A DNA stretch of 64,000 bases, from the NCBI RefSeq assembly GCF_006345805.1, contig NC_043019.1:22877360-22941359 (forward strand). Direction: 5' to 3'. Source of the DNA: Octopus sinensis. Its lineage: Eukaryota. Shown one piece after another: positions 10,854 to 22,874 of the stretch. Position 1 is the first letter of the stretch. Every line of letters starts with the position of its first letter. Position numbers and translations under genes: made by a program. The notes beneath the pieces were generated by a model. The model did not search any database and was not told the origin of the DNA. It was given only the letters and a program-made list of their open reading frames with translations.

Positions 10854-11984
10854 ACATATATATATATATAATTTTAAATAAGGTTTCTTTCTCCGATTCC
10901 GACAGAACTATCGGAATCGGAAAAAGAAAGCCTTGTCGTGTTTCTTCTCGTCTTTTATGTTCTGGTTTCAAATACCGTTGAGGTCAGCTTTGTCTTTCAT
11001 CCTTTCAGGGTCGATGAAATACAGTACGAGTTAAATACTAAGGTCAATGCCATCGACTTACAACCCCAAACCTTCCTCTCAAAATTACTGGCCTTGTGCC
11101 AAAAAAAAACAAACAAACATTGTATCCAGTGTCTCCTCACAGCAATTAATATGATTTTCGTAATTAACATGCACGAAAAGTACAAACAAAATATATAAAT
11201 CGGGTTCTTCGTGTAAAAGCAGAAACAAATTCCCTGGTGTATAATTTGCTCTCTCTCTCCAGTCTCGGACAAAAATAATAGAAGAGGAGATAGTCACGGA
11301 CGGGATATTTTTGATCCTAAGTTTACTGAATCCTAACCGACCTGCAGCTATAAACGTCATCACCCTATGAATTATTTCTGTCCGCACCATTTGCATTGTC
11401 AGTTTTTCTTTCCTCGTGCCTGTCGTCTGCTGCTTCCCCACCCGTTTATCTGTCTATTAACGTTGCGAACCACTTCTCTCTCTCTGTGCCTTTCTCACCA
11501 CATGTCAAATTATCTGTCTATCTGTCTGAGTGGGTCGGTAAACAAGTCAATGTTGACCACCTGAAGGGTCTTATATGGCTTTCCAAAGGGTCGATAAGGA
11601 TTTTAAGCATTAAAGAGTGCTGAATTATTTAATGAACTGAATCAAGAAGAGTGTGGATAATTTAAAGTTAAAATCTCACTAATATCCAGTCAATCAATCA
11701 TCGATAGAACCAGTTCTCACCATTAAATATTCCGACTATATCAATATACCAGCACCGAATTTTTATCGTTTTTTAATCAATTTCATTAAGTATTTTCATC
11801 AAATTTCTTATTGAAATACGGTAATGACTTAACAGAACGAAGGAGTCATTGTTTTTAAATCAAGAACTTTTTTATTATGTATATATTTTAGTTTCATTTT
11901 ATAAATTTACAAGATAGGGGTTGATAAATTATCAACGACTCCATGAAGGGTCGATGATTAAGAATTTTGCTGACCTCTGATCTA

Positions 11985-12165
11985 ACACGCTTAGCGGTAT
12001 TTCGTCTGTCTTCTACGTTCTGAGTTCAAATTCCGTCGAGGTCGACTTTGCCTTTCATCCTTTCCGGGTGGATAAATTAAGTACCGTACCAGATCTAATT
12101 GACTAGCCTCCATTCCCCATTCCCACCCCCAAAATTTCGGGCCTTGTGCCTAGAGTAGAAAAGAA
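11985..12165 (+). mobile_element. SINE family A, A2-tail variant, 5'-truncated
   Basis: A head/core followed by the CCCCCAAAATTTCGGGCCTTGTGCCTAGAGTAGAAAAG tail. Confidence 0.8.
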
Positions 12166-12261
12166 TCGTTAATGTGCTGGCAAAATGCTATGACAAGTTC
12201 TGAGTTCCTTTGCATATGGGGGAAAAAGACGAGATAGTCACAGCTGGATTGGATTGCATCT

Positions 12262-12669
12262 CTCTTTACTCTTTACTCTTTTACTTGTTTCTGTCATTTG
12301 ACTGCGGCCATGCTGGAGCACCGCCTTTAGTCGAGCAAATCGACCCCGGGTCTTATTATTCTTTGTAAGCCCAGTACTTATTCTATCGGTCTCTTTTGCC
12401 GAACCGCTAAGTGACGGGGACGTAAACACACCAGCATCGGTTGTCAAGCAATGCTAGGGGGACAAACACAGACATACAAACACATACACATATATATATA
12501 TATATACGACAGGCTTTTTTCAGTTTCCGTCTACCAAATCCACTCACAAGGCATTGGTCGACCCGGGGATATAGCAGAAGACACTTGCCCAAGATGCCAC
12601 GCAGTGGGACTGAACCCGGAACCATGTGGTTGGTTAGCAAGCTACTTACCACACAGCCACTCCTGCGCC
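12262..12669 (-). mobile_element. SINE family B, full length
   Basis: Near-identical to the other young B copies. Confidence 0.92.
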
Positions 12670-13424
12670 CATCTGAGTAAAGTTCAGCTCAAACACGGGC
12701 TGACCCGGGGTTCGACGGGATGAACATAGTCGGATTGCCTTTGATCATAGGCCTACTTGATCAATGGCTGACTTGGGGTTAAACCGCAACCACCACATTC
12801 ACCTCAAACGGTCCTGTAATGTACTTATTTACTCCTCTCTCGATCTATTTCAACAACTATCATCATCACCACCACCACCACCACCACCATGTATGGGTCA
12901 ATAGCTTATTTCCACTATCATCCCTCTCTCTCTCCATTTCCCGTTACTATTTAACATTTAGCTGGAATTAGCTCTTGTTATTCTTTTTCTCGCCACTTGC
13001 AAGTTATTTCAATGGCGGTATTACACATCGATTCACTTGGTCAACAACAACAATTTATAAAAGCATGCCAGCGTCATTATCTCCTATAAACGATGACACA
13101 CAAACAACGTGTGTATGTGTGTATGTGTTCACACTCTCTCACAAATACACTTGTATTCATACCTACATCTTGTCTCGTGTTCCTAAACAAAAGATGTTCT
13201 TTTCTCTTTTCGCTCATTGTGTTTTCTTCGGTTTTGGAATATTTACGTAATTAAGTTTTAAAATATTTATATATATGTAAGACACACACATATTTATGTG
13301 TGTATGTGTCCATGTATCTCTTATTATAATATATTTATAAATCATAACTATATGGATCATAAACCATATATATGCGTATTTATATGTATGTGTGTGTATG
13401 TATATAAATATATATATATAAATA

Positions 13425-13828
13425 GGCGCAGGAGTGGCTGTGTGGTAAGTAGCTTGTTTACCAACCACATGGTTCCGGGTTCAGTCCCACTGCGTGGCAT
13501 CTTGGGCAAGTGTCTTCTACTATAGCCCCGGGGCCGACACAATGCCTTGTGAGTGGATTTGGTAGACGGAAACTGAAAGAAGCCTGTCGTATATATGTAT
13601 ATATATATGTATGTGTGTGTGTATGTTTGTGTGTCTGTGTTTGTCCCCCTAGCATTGCTTGACAACCGATGCTGGTGTGTTTACGTCCCCGTCACTTAGC
13701 GGTTCGGCAAAAGAGACTGATAGAATAAGTACTGGGCTTACAAAAGAATAAGTCCCGGGGTCGATTTGCTCGACTAAAGGCGGTGCTCCAGCATGGCCGC
13801 AGTCAAATGACTGAAACAAGTAAAAGAG
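13425..13828 (+). mobile_element. SINE family B, full length
   Basis: GGCGCAGGAGTGGCTGTGTGGTAAG ... GAAACAAGTAAAAGAG. Confidence 0.92.
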
Positions 13829-14375
13829 AATATATATATATATATATACACACACACGTGTATCCGTATTTATTTATGTACATTCGCCTCCATTTTCATT
13901 ACTGTTATGTCGTTAATGATAACGGTGGCGATACACGTTTATAAGAGATCAGATGTGTGTGTGTCCATATATTCGTATAGGTGCGTGTGTATGTGTGAGT
14001 GCATAACACTTTCAACAATTTACACACAGTAGATTTATATCTTATACTGAGTTAAACATATTCAGCTTTATCTCGTTCGCTATTCAGACATCACGTAGTC
14101 CTAACGTCACATTTTTTCGCTTCTATTTTCCATTTTCCGTCCTTGGAATAAATAACAACAACAACAACTAGAACCACAACAAGAACGACAAGATTATAAT
14201 CTTTTCATGTGTGAAAGGGAGAGGCACGGAATCCTCCCCCCAACACATAACCCCCAATAAATAAAACTGAAGAAGGAATGCGACATTATGTATGGATCTT
14301 CAATGGGCAGCTGTTCTAAAAACCATGCTTGATAGAATTTCCCCAGGCCCCAGGATGGAGAACAAACTGTTTCCT

Positions 14376-14583
14376 CTTTTACTCTTTTACTTGTTTCAGT
14401 CATTTGACTGCGGCCATGCTGGAGCACCGCCTTTAGTCGAGCAAATCGACCCCGGAACTTATTCTTTGTAAGCCCAGTACTTATTCTATCGGTCTCTTTT
14501 TGCCGAACCGCTAAGTGACGGGGACGTAAACACACCAGCATCGGTTGTCAAGCAATGCTAGGGGGACAAACACAGACATACAA

Positions 14584-14653
<70 letters not shown>

Positions 14654-14819
14654 TACGACAGGCTTCTTTCAGTTTCCGTCTACCAAATCCACTCACAAGG
14701 CATTGGTCAGCCCGGGGCTATAGCAGAAGACACTTGCCCAAGATGCCACGCAGTGGGACTGAACCCGGAACCATGTGGTTGGTTAGCAAGCTACTTACCA
14801 CACAGCCACTCCTGCGCCT
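14376..14819 (-). mobile_element. SINE family B, full length with TSD
   Basis: TSD ACTGTTTC(C/T)TCTT at 14366-14378 and 14820-14832. Confidence 0.92.
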
Positions 14820-14974
14820 ACTGTTTCTTCTTACTTCCATTGACAACATTCCTAGTGTTGTTCGGCACCAACATCTCACGTCTTACCTAGGAACTAATAC
14901 TACAAGCCTTTTGTATCCGGCTCTCAAACGATTCTACCAATCCACTAGCTTTCTTTCTTTAATATAATAAGTCT

Positions 14975-15386
14975 GGGTCTTTTCGGTTTGAACGGTAGTT
15001 TGTAACATAATTTCTACGTAACTAAAAAATTTTAAACTTCGTATACTGGTAGAATGTGTTTATAAAACATCTTTTTCTCTTGGCTTTATTGAGAAAATTC
15101 TATAGTTTGTAAGATATTTGTTGTTTTTTTTTTCTTTCTTCAATTTCTGCAATTTCAACCAATCAATGACGTCTATTGAGGTAAAAAAACATTCTGTGCC
15201 GTATGAATATGTCCCTCGTTTAAGAAACAGATTGGGTTGATTTACATTTGTGAAGAAAAAAAGATACCCTTCCCCCTAACCCTAACACAGATTGAAATGC
15301 AATAGATCGATTCTAGGGTCATAATTATGGGTGACAATTTCATATGACACCGCTAGAAAAAACTGCCGTTCAAACCGAAAAGATCC
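14975..15386. mobile_element. MITE family M1, copy 3
   Basis: Same TIRs. TSD ATAAGTCT at 14967-14974 and 15387-15394. Confidence 0.92.
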
Positions 15387-15394
15387 ATAAGTCT

Positions 15395-16070
15395 TTCCTA
15401 ATTTTGACACAAGGCCAGCAATTTTGAGGGAAAGAGGGAAGTCGATTATTTTATCGACTCTGGGTGGGGGGTTAATGGTACAGTCGACCTCGAAGAAATA
15501 TCGCTGTGCACGTTTGTCCGATTCACCAATGGAGTTGGCCAGATACGTCGCCTTTCGTTTTTTTTTTTAATACTATAATCATAATTCTTTGAAATTTGGT
15601 ACGAGGCCAGAAATTTTAGGGGGGGGGGGCAAGTCAATTACATCGCCTCCATTACATGACTGTTTCATTATTTCATCGACCCCGAAGACAAAGTTCACCT
15701 GGCACGATTTCAACTCGGAATGTGCAGTACCGAAGGAAATACTGCATTCTTTCGATACCATTCTTCCAGCTAGATGATGATGATGATGATAATAATAATA
15801 ATAATAATAATTTTTTTTTTTATTGCCCACAATGGGCTGAACATAGAGGGGGACAAACAAGGACAGACAAACAGATTAAGTCGATTACATCGATCCCAGT
15901 GCGCAACTGGTACTTAATTTATCGACCCCGAAAGGATGAAAGGCAAAGTCGACCTCGGTGGAATTTGAACTCAGAACGCAGCAGCGGACGAAATAACACA
16001 AAGCATTTCGCCCGGCTTTAATAATAATCCTTTCTACTATAGGGGCAAGGCCTGAAATTTTAGGGGAGAG
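15395..16070 (-). mobile_element. Cluster of SINE A1/A2 copies and fragments
   Basis: An A1 copy at about 15812-16016 plus degenerate A2 tails (CACAAGGCC..AAATTTT.GGGG) separated by (AAT)n. Confidence 0.75.
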
Positions 16071-16077
16071 ATTATAT

Positions 16078-17050
16078 TGGTACAAAAGGTTCAAAGACAG
16101 TACAGAGGAGGTGAGAAACGATGAGAGGTGTGGGAGAGAGAGGGACATCAGAACATCAGAGTTAGCTGAGAATATTAGCAACTTTCTGGATTAAGACCGT
16201 TATGTGTCTATTAAGACGATATGTATAGAGTTTGGAGTTGGTATGGCAACTGTACAGAGAATTATTCGTGAAGATCTGAACGTGCGCAAAATTTGTGTAA
16301 AGTTTGTTCCCAGGGTGCTGAGTGACGAACAGAAGGAACACACGCATTGGTAATAGCAGGGAGATATTTGAGCTCATTACCTCTACTCTATGAATACTTG
16401 AGTCTCTGGTGACCGGTGACGCAAACTAAATCTGTCGTGACCCAGACAGAGACCAAGAGATAGGGTGCCCAAAGGAAGCATCTTGGCTTCTCCAGACTCA
16501 AGAAAACCAAGCAAAGCAAGTTCACTGGGAAGCTCACGATGATCTCCTTTTTCGACAGCGAGGGCATCATTTACGTCCACCGGGTTCTACCTGGTCAGAC
16601 GATCAACAAAGAGTACTTTGTGGAGGTTTTAAGGGAGTTCAAGAAGAGAATTCGTCGCAAAAGGCCAGACCTCTTCTACTCGAGTCGGTGGCACCTGCAC
16701 TAGCAAAATGTACAAGTTGGTAACCAACTTGGCAGAGATGGACATCACAACTGTCCCTCACCCTCCATACAGTGTAGCCCTTGCTCCTTGTGATGTTTGG
16801 CTGTTTCCCAAAATGCAGGAGAACCTCAGGGGCAGTCTTTTTGAAGACACTGAGAAGATGAAGGCGTTTGTGACAAGGGTCTTGGACACCTTCACTTTAG
16901 AAGACTTCCATGGGGCCTTCGCAAAGTGGCTGGAGTACTACAACAAGTGCATTGAAGTCAGAGGGTCATCTTTTGAAACAGATTAGAGTTTTGTACTTTG
17001 AAATTAATGTCTTCCCTGAAAAAGTTTTAAAACTTCTGGACAACACCTCG
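16078..17050 (+). pseudogene. Decayed mariner (DD34D) transposase with 3' TIR, 5'-truncated
   Basis: WYKRFKD..DERCGR..IIREDLNVRKICVKFVPRVLSDEQK (WVPHEL-type motif), LVTGD, PHPPYSVALAPCDVWLFPKM (YSPDLAP-type motif). Contains stops and frameshifts; ends ..GGACAACACCTCG|TA. Confidence 0.92.
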
Positions 17051-17316
17051 TATATGCATATTTTGTAGATGAACACGTGATCTTACAATCAGGTTACATA
17101 TATTTTCTAAGGATTTTCAAAAAACAGTAGGCTTAGTTTAAGCTAAAGCTGTGAATTTACAACATATTTGACACATTCCATTTAAAGACTACAAATATAC
17201 ATATGAAGTATTATTATTCATATTCACTGCAAAAATTCTGAAGAACAACATTTCTTGTATAGACAGAGGAGGCACCAACACACCTCGGTGTTCTTAAATT
17301 TCTATCTGTAATTTAA

Positions 17317-17537
17317 CCCTTTAGTGTTCAGATTATTCTGTCAAATGTGATGTTGGTTTATTTAAAATGGTTTGAATTAATCATGCATTATCTTGTAGTT
17401 TAGAGATTTCAGTGATGTGATTTTTTAAGTTTTAGAACGACATGGTAGGGCTGAGGTGAGAGGCGAGATCTGGTCAGTTTCAATATAAAACAGGTTAAAT
17501 ATTTTGGCCAGATATGGCCGGTTTGAATGCTAAAGGG
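17317..17537. mobile_element. piggyBac-like MITE
   Basis: TTAA|CCCTTTAGTGTTCAGA ... TTTGAATGCTAAAGGG|TTAC. A second copy lies at about 48752-48939. Confidence 0.8.
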
Positions 17538-18072
17538 TTACAATTACTTGTTTGTTTTCCCTCTCCTCAACCACAATGTCTAATATCCATATGGTGAAGA
17601 GTTATTTTAAAGCGTTGGAGCATGAGACAGTAAGTCTCTGGATCGGTCAGTTATTTGATGTTTATAACTTTCATGTGCATTCCTATCATTGTTTCATAAA
17701 AAAAGTAGTCTGTCAAGCTTGGGCGACGATGATGAAGGAATCTCTTTTAAATGTTGCGATGCACGACAAATCATCAGAATTTATGAACATTAAAATATTA
17801 GTTAAGTGGAATAAACTTTCATGTGCAATAAATAAATAAACAGAACAACAAAACAAGAGACGCAGTTGGATAAATTAGAAAACTTCAAACTGTTTACATA
17901 AAGCATAAAACAAAAACGACAGTAGAAAGAACTTTCAAGTACAAGAAGAAAAAAGAAACAAGAACAGAACTCCAGCTCGTGTAGAATGATTTAGAAACGA
18001 AACCTTATAAAGTAAAACAAATGCAACTGCATAAAACGCTTAAATGTTACTCACAAAATAAAAGTATATATA

Positions 18073-18555
18073 TTGGGTCATCCCATAAATAATGCGGGTT
18101 TTTCAATTGCGTGAACTAAAAGTTGGAGAGGGACTAGATAAACTGCCTGCATCAACTTGCTATAAAAGCAGGTAGTAATTTTACCTTTACATATATTCTT
18201 AGTGCAAGGTTTTAAGAATGCAGTTCGATTTTAACTTATTTTTTCACAGCTATAATGGAAGTGACAAAGAAGCATGTTCGGCATATTTTGATTTATCAGT
18301 TCAATAAAGGCAGCAATGCAACGGAAAATGCGAGGAATATTAATTCAGTATATAGGGATCGGGCAATAGGCGTAAGCCAGTGTCAACGGTGGTTCCAGAA
18401 ATGACAAGCCTCGTCCTGGAAGATCTGTAGAGCTCGACGAGGACGTCCTGAAAACCCTGGTGGAACAATATCCCATCGTAAATGTTGAGGAACTAGCAGA
18501 GAAGCTCGGATTTGGCCATTCAACCATTCATCAATACCTGCGTAGCATTGGAAAA
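18073..18555 (+). pseudogene. 5' half of a mariner element (Hsmar1/cecropia-like N-terminal HTH region)
   Basis: TA|TTGGGTCATCCCATAAATAATGCGGG TIR-like start. ATG at 18255: MEVTKKHVRHILIYQFNKGSNATENARNINSVY..CQRWFQK, then KPRPGRSVELDEDVLKTLVEQYP..EELAEKLGFGHSTIHQYLRSIGK. Confidence 0.88.
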
Positions 18556-18781
18556 CGACCATCTTTGGTTTCAAGACGAAAGGTATTCTCCCCCAACTAC
18601 TGCTTGACAACCGGTGTTGGTGTGCTTATGTCCTAGTAACCTAGCGGTTCAGCAAAAACTGACCGACAGAATAAATACTAGGCTTTAGAAATAATAATAA
18701 GTAATGGGGTTGAAAATTCGACCAAAATTTCTTAAGCGATGCCCCAGCATGGCTGCAACCTAATGACTGACAAGTAAAAAG

Positions 18782-18860
<79 letters not shown>

Positions 18861-18864
<4 letters not shown>

Positions 18865-19020
18865 AGAGTTTACGAAAAAAAACAAAAGACGAAGACAGGT
18901 GGTGTACAAAACAAACAGATGTATTAGTATAACGCTCAGGAATAGAAAAAGTATTTTACATTTCGAGCCTACGCTCTTCTACAGAAAGGGACCAGAAAAA
19001 ACAAGGAGAGAGAAAAAAAA
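18861..19020 (-). repeat. (TA)n-embedded element family H, copy 1
   Basis: Near-identical to 26153-26338; (TA)n on both sides. Confidence 0.85.
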
Positions 19021-19045
19021 ATATATATATATATATATACATACA

Positions 19046-19077
<32 letters not shown>

Positions 19078-19568
19078 GAACTAATCTGTGTAGAATGATA
19101 AACAAAAGTGTGCATAAACAAGCCTTTGAGAGAGAGAGAGAGAGAGAGAGATAGGGGTATAGAGATATGGAAAGGAGTACTGGCTTACAACGATCTGATA
19201 CGTCCAGATCTGATAACTACACTCAGTTATTTTACTTCTTATCTCTGGCTCACTAAGCTAAAAAACACAAAGTTATGGGCCGCTCCACCACCATTCCTCC
19301 TCCTCCAGCATGTATGTCGAACAAATAAACACAAACATATATAGTATAAGTGCGTGTTTTTACACACACCACACACATATACACATATATATTTACATAA
19401 AATGTTGACGATGCGCATTCGTTTTTGATTTTTAATATCATTTACGTGATGACGATGATGAAGATGGTGAGACGATGACGTCCGTAACGAAGGTTTTCCT
19501 TCAAACACAAAACACACGATCAACAAGTGAGAAAAAGACGATAAATTCTGGAAAATTTGGTTATAAAG

Positions 19569-20320
19569 TAGGTGCAGGCGTGGTTATGTAGCAAGAAGCC
19601 TGCATCCAAACCATATGGGTTCCGGGTTCAGTTCCACAGCGTGGAACCTTAGGCAAAGTGTCTTCAACTATAGCTTCGGGCCGACCAAAGCCTTGTGAAT
19701 GGATTCGATAGACAGAGACTGAAAGAAGCCCACAGCGTGTGTGTGTTTTCCCCACCACCGCTTGACAACCAGTGTTGGTGCGTTTACGTCCTCGTAACTT
19801 AGCGGTTCGGCAACATATATTTCTTTACTACCCACAAGGGGCTAAACACAGTGGGGACAAACAAGGACAGACAAACGGATTAAGTCGATTAGATCGACCC
19901 CAGTGCGTAACTGCTACTTAATTTATCGACCCCGAAACGATGAAAGGCAAAGTCGACCTCGGCGGAATTTGAACTCAGAACGTAACGGCAGACGAAATAC
20001 GTCTACGCATTTCGCCCGGCATGCTAACGTTTCTGCCAGCTCGCCGCCTTAATGTGTCTTCAACTATAGCTTCAGGCCGACCAAAGCCTCGTGAATGGAT
20101 TCGACAGACAGAGACTGAAAGAAGCCCACAGCGTGTGTGTGTTTTTCCCACCACCGCTTGACAACCAGTGTTGGTCCGTTTACGTCCTCGTAACTTGGCG
20201 GTTCGGCAACATAGACCGATAGAATAGGTACCAGGCTTAAAAAAAAAAAACTGGGATCGAGACATTCGACTTAAAAACTCTTCAAGGCAGTGTTCCAGTA
20301 TGGCCGTAGTCTGATGACTT
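19569..20320 (+). mobile_element. Older SINE B copy interrupted by a SINE A insertion
   Basis: B head at 19569, B tail to about 20320, with an internal segment duplicated around 19818-20049. Confidence 0.85.
19818..20049 (-). mobile_element. SINE family A (A1), full length
   Basis: Colinear with 221-452. Confidence 0.92.
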
Positions 20321-20590
20321 TCTTCTATAAAAGATCTACGTGTTTACTTATACACACACACACACACACACACATCGCAAATGTAGACTGACACCATCAA
20401 TTTAGAAAGAGTTTATTCCTAGAAACAGAATAATGCTCTCCAATGCATTTAAACAATCTAGTATTTCGTAGACATATCTTGGACAGTTTTTAATGATTAA
20501 ACTTGTTTGAGCCTCACACTAATAAGTAATGTCTGCACAGATATGGCAGTATAATGAGTATTTATTTACTTTCGAGGTGTGTGTGTGTGT

Positions 20591-20720
20591 GCATAACCAG
20601 GTCATGACGAAGAGGGAACGGAACCGGTCGTGCGTTGTGAAAAGCCGGCTTCGCATCAGACTTGAACTTCACTTCCAATTTGAAATCCTTAAGACATCCC
20701 AATTCTTCTTTGCCACAAAG
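20591..20720 (-). pseudogene. Ty3/Gypsy pol fragment (protease-RT linker)
   Basis: Minus frame KEELGCLKDFKLEVKFKSDAKPAFHNARPVPFPLRHDL fits the typical LG...P.F..AR.VPF.LR pattern just before Gypsy RT. Confidence 0.75.
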
Positions 20721-21113
20721 CACAAGTGATAAAGAGAAACTGATAATAGTAGTGATATGGGAGAAGTGTGGGGGGAGGCTAGGTCGTGCCTGACAGTAAT
20801 TTTTGCCCTAATTAGTCAAAAAGAATTTCTCAGAATGCGATCATAGTCTTACATAAATTTTATACGGATTTAGGATGCATACAAAGATATAATCTACCCA
20901 GCATATATCTAATATCTTATTTCGTTGGCACCGATAGGAAAAAAAGGCTAAACAGCTTTTAATATAACTTGATTGTAATTATATACCACAAATACATAAT
21001 TATGCATTTAATATTATCTTAATGAAACAGTTATTGAGCACAATTACAGTATGAATTATGTGTGAAATTTATGCGTGCGTATATACTGTCACACACACAT
21101 ATATATGTGTGTG

Positions 21114-21166
<53 letters not shown>

Positions 21167-21329
21167 CAATAATAACAAAGGGTAAAATTAATTAATTAAC
21201 AAGTAATCGATAATTTCAAGTAAAATTCGGCATGAAAAGGGACCATTTCTCGGTAAACTTAAGTAATATTTTATAATTAGGGTTCAGCAAAGATGAACCA
21301 GAGCAAATCTTTGCTGAACCCTGATATAA

Positions 21330-21380
<51 letters not shown>

Positions 21381-21521
21381 TCTTCAATTGTTTCAGTCAA
21401 CGTGTTCTGCTTTCATATTTACATGAGATAAGTGTAGAGTTTTACTAATGCATTTGATATTAACAAGAGTTCGAAACAATTATATACGGGTTGCTCGGGT
21501 TAAATCTGACAATTTTTTATA

Positions 21522-22872
21522 CAGAGTGCCCGGAATAAATTTGAATATATTTTGTCTTCTTTTCTCAGGAATAGCTTGGTGTATGGGTGAACAGTCAACG
21601 GCGCTGGAGAGCATAAAGATAAGTTCTAGTTGAGAAAAACTTACCCAACATCATGATTTGCTGCTTAATATTCTGTGAGCATTGTAAAGGTTGTACGACA
21701 TGATATGGACAGCTGCAATGAGGACTATGAAGTCATGGCCAGCAGGAAGGGACACAGTAGACATTCTGACGGCATGCGCAAACCAGAGTTCAACGCGACA
21801 TTCTTGAACAGGGCTTAAATGCTCAATTCAGACGGCTATGTAAGGCTGCTGGGTTCTGTGGTCAAACCCTGACATGATAGGATTTGTGCTGACAGAAGGA
21901 TTCGGCTCCTTGCCATACCTCCAGAAACAGTCAGAAGTGTTTGTCGGAGAACTTCTACAACCTCACCAGCATCAGTTTCTTATTTCTTCATTACCCTCAA
22001 GGGGCTAAACACAGAGGGGACAAACAAGGACAGACAAACGGATTAAGTCGATTATAGCGACTGCAGTGCGCAACTGGTACTTATTTAATCGACCCCGAAA
22101 GGATAAAGGCAAAGTCGACCTCGGCGGAATTTGAACTCACAACGTAGCGGTAGACGAAATATCTGTTTCTTTATTGCCCACAAGGGGTTAAACACAGAAG
22201 GGACAAACATGGGCAGACAAACGGATTAAGTCGATTACTGTGCGTAACTGGTACTTAATTTATCGACCCCGGTGCGAAACTGGTACTTAATTTATCAACC
22301 CCGAAAGGATGAAAGGCAAAGTCGACCTCGGCGGAATTTGAACTCAGAACGTAACGGCAGACGAAATACCAATTTCTTTATTACCCACAAGGGGCTAAAC
22401 ACAGAGAGGACAAACAAGGACAGACAAACGGATTAAGTCGTTACATCGACCCCAGTGCGTAACTGGTACTTATTTAATCGACCCCGAAAGGATGAAAGGT
22501 AAAGTCGACCTCGGCGGAATTTGAACCCAGAACGTAGCGGCAGACGAAATATCGTTATGCATTTCGCCCAGCACGCTAACATTTCTGCCAGCTCAGCAGC
22601 ATCAGTTTCTAACCTCTTAATCCCCCCCCCCCCCCGATTGTAATCCCTTGGTTGCTGTTGTGTGGGGCCCGGTTAAGAAAAAACACCAACCGCTCTTCCT
22701 GCAACACCAAGATCAACTGGTCGCCAAGATCAAGGGTGGTGTTGGAAGATCCTCTCAGGGACAAAGTAAGGAATGCTTGTGCCAGGTTCTGATGCTGTCT
22801 TCAGGCCGTGGTGGGTAGTTGAGGGCGGCCAGTTTGAGTAAATTGATATTCCCCAGATATAATCAAGTTGAT
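21522..22872 (+). mobile_element. Deleted maT/DD37D-type Tc1-mariner remnant, interrupted by a SINE A trimer
   Basis: 5' end homologous to 24924ff (TTCTCAGGAA.AGCTTG..GGTGAACAGTCAACGGCG). Reads DSAPCHTSRNSQKCLSENFY before the insertion and PDCNPL after it. Confidence 0.75.
21981..22596 (-). mobile_element. SINE A head-to-tail trimer inside a single 14-bp TSD
   Basis: Three A1 tails and one head. TSD CAGCATCAGTTTCT at 21967-21980 and 22597-22610. Confidence 0.9.
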
Positions 22873-22874
22873 AT

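Noticed and set aside
12690-12795. Fragments of a possible fifth old SINE family (also about 9530-9580, 11285-11350 and 34600-34775)
   Set aside because: The pieces share a GGTCA..GCTGGA..TTTGATCATAGG-like motif but are too decayed to bound or classify by eye.
14545-14967. Recurring peptide MSSNARGTNT...RHLPKMPRSGTEPGTMWLV that looks like a multigene family
   Set aside because: It is the antisense reading of SINE B, and the frames break at the internal microsatellite.
16708-16986. SETMAR-like or domesticated mariner gene
   Set aside because: Upstream stops and frameshifts, missing 5' end, retained TIR and no SET domain: a dead transposon.
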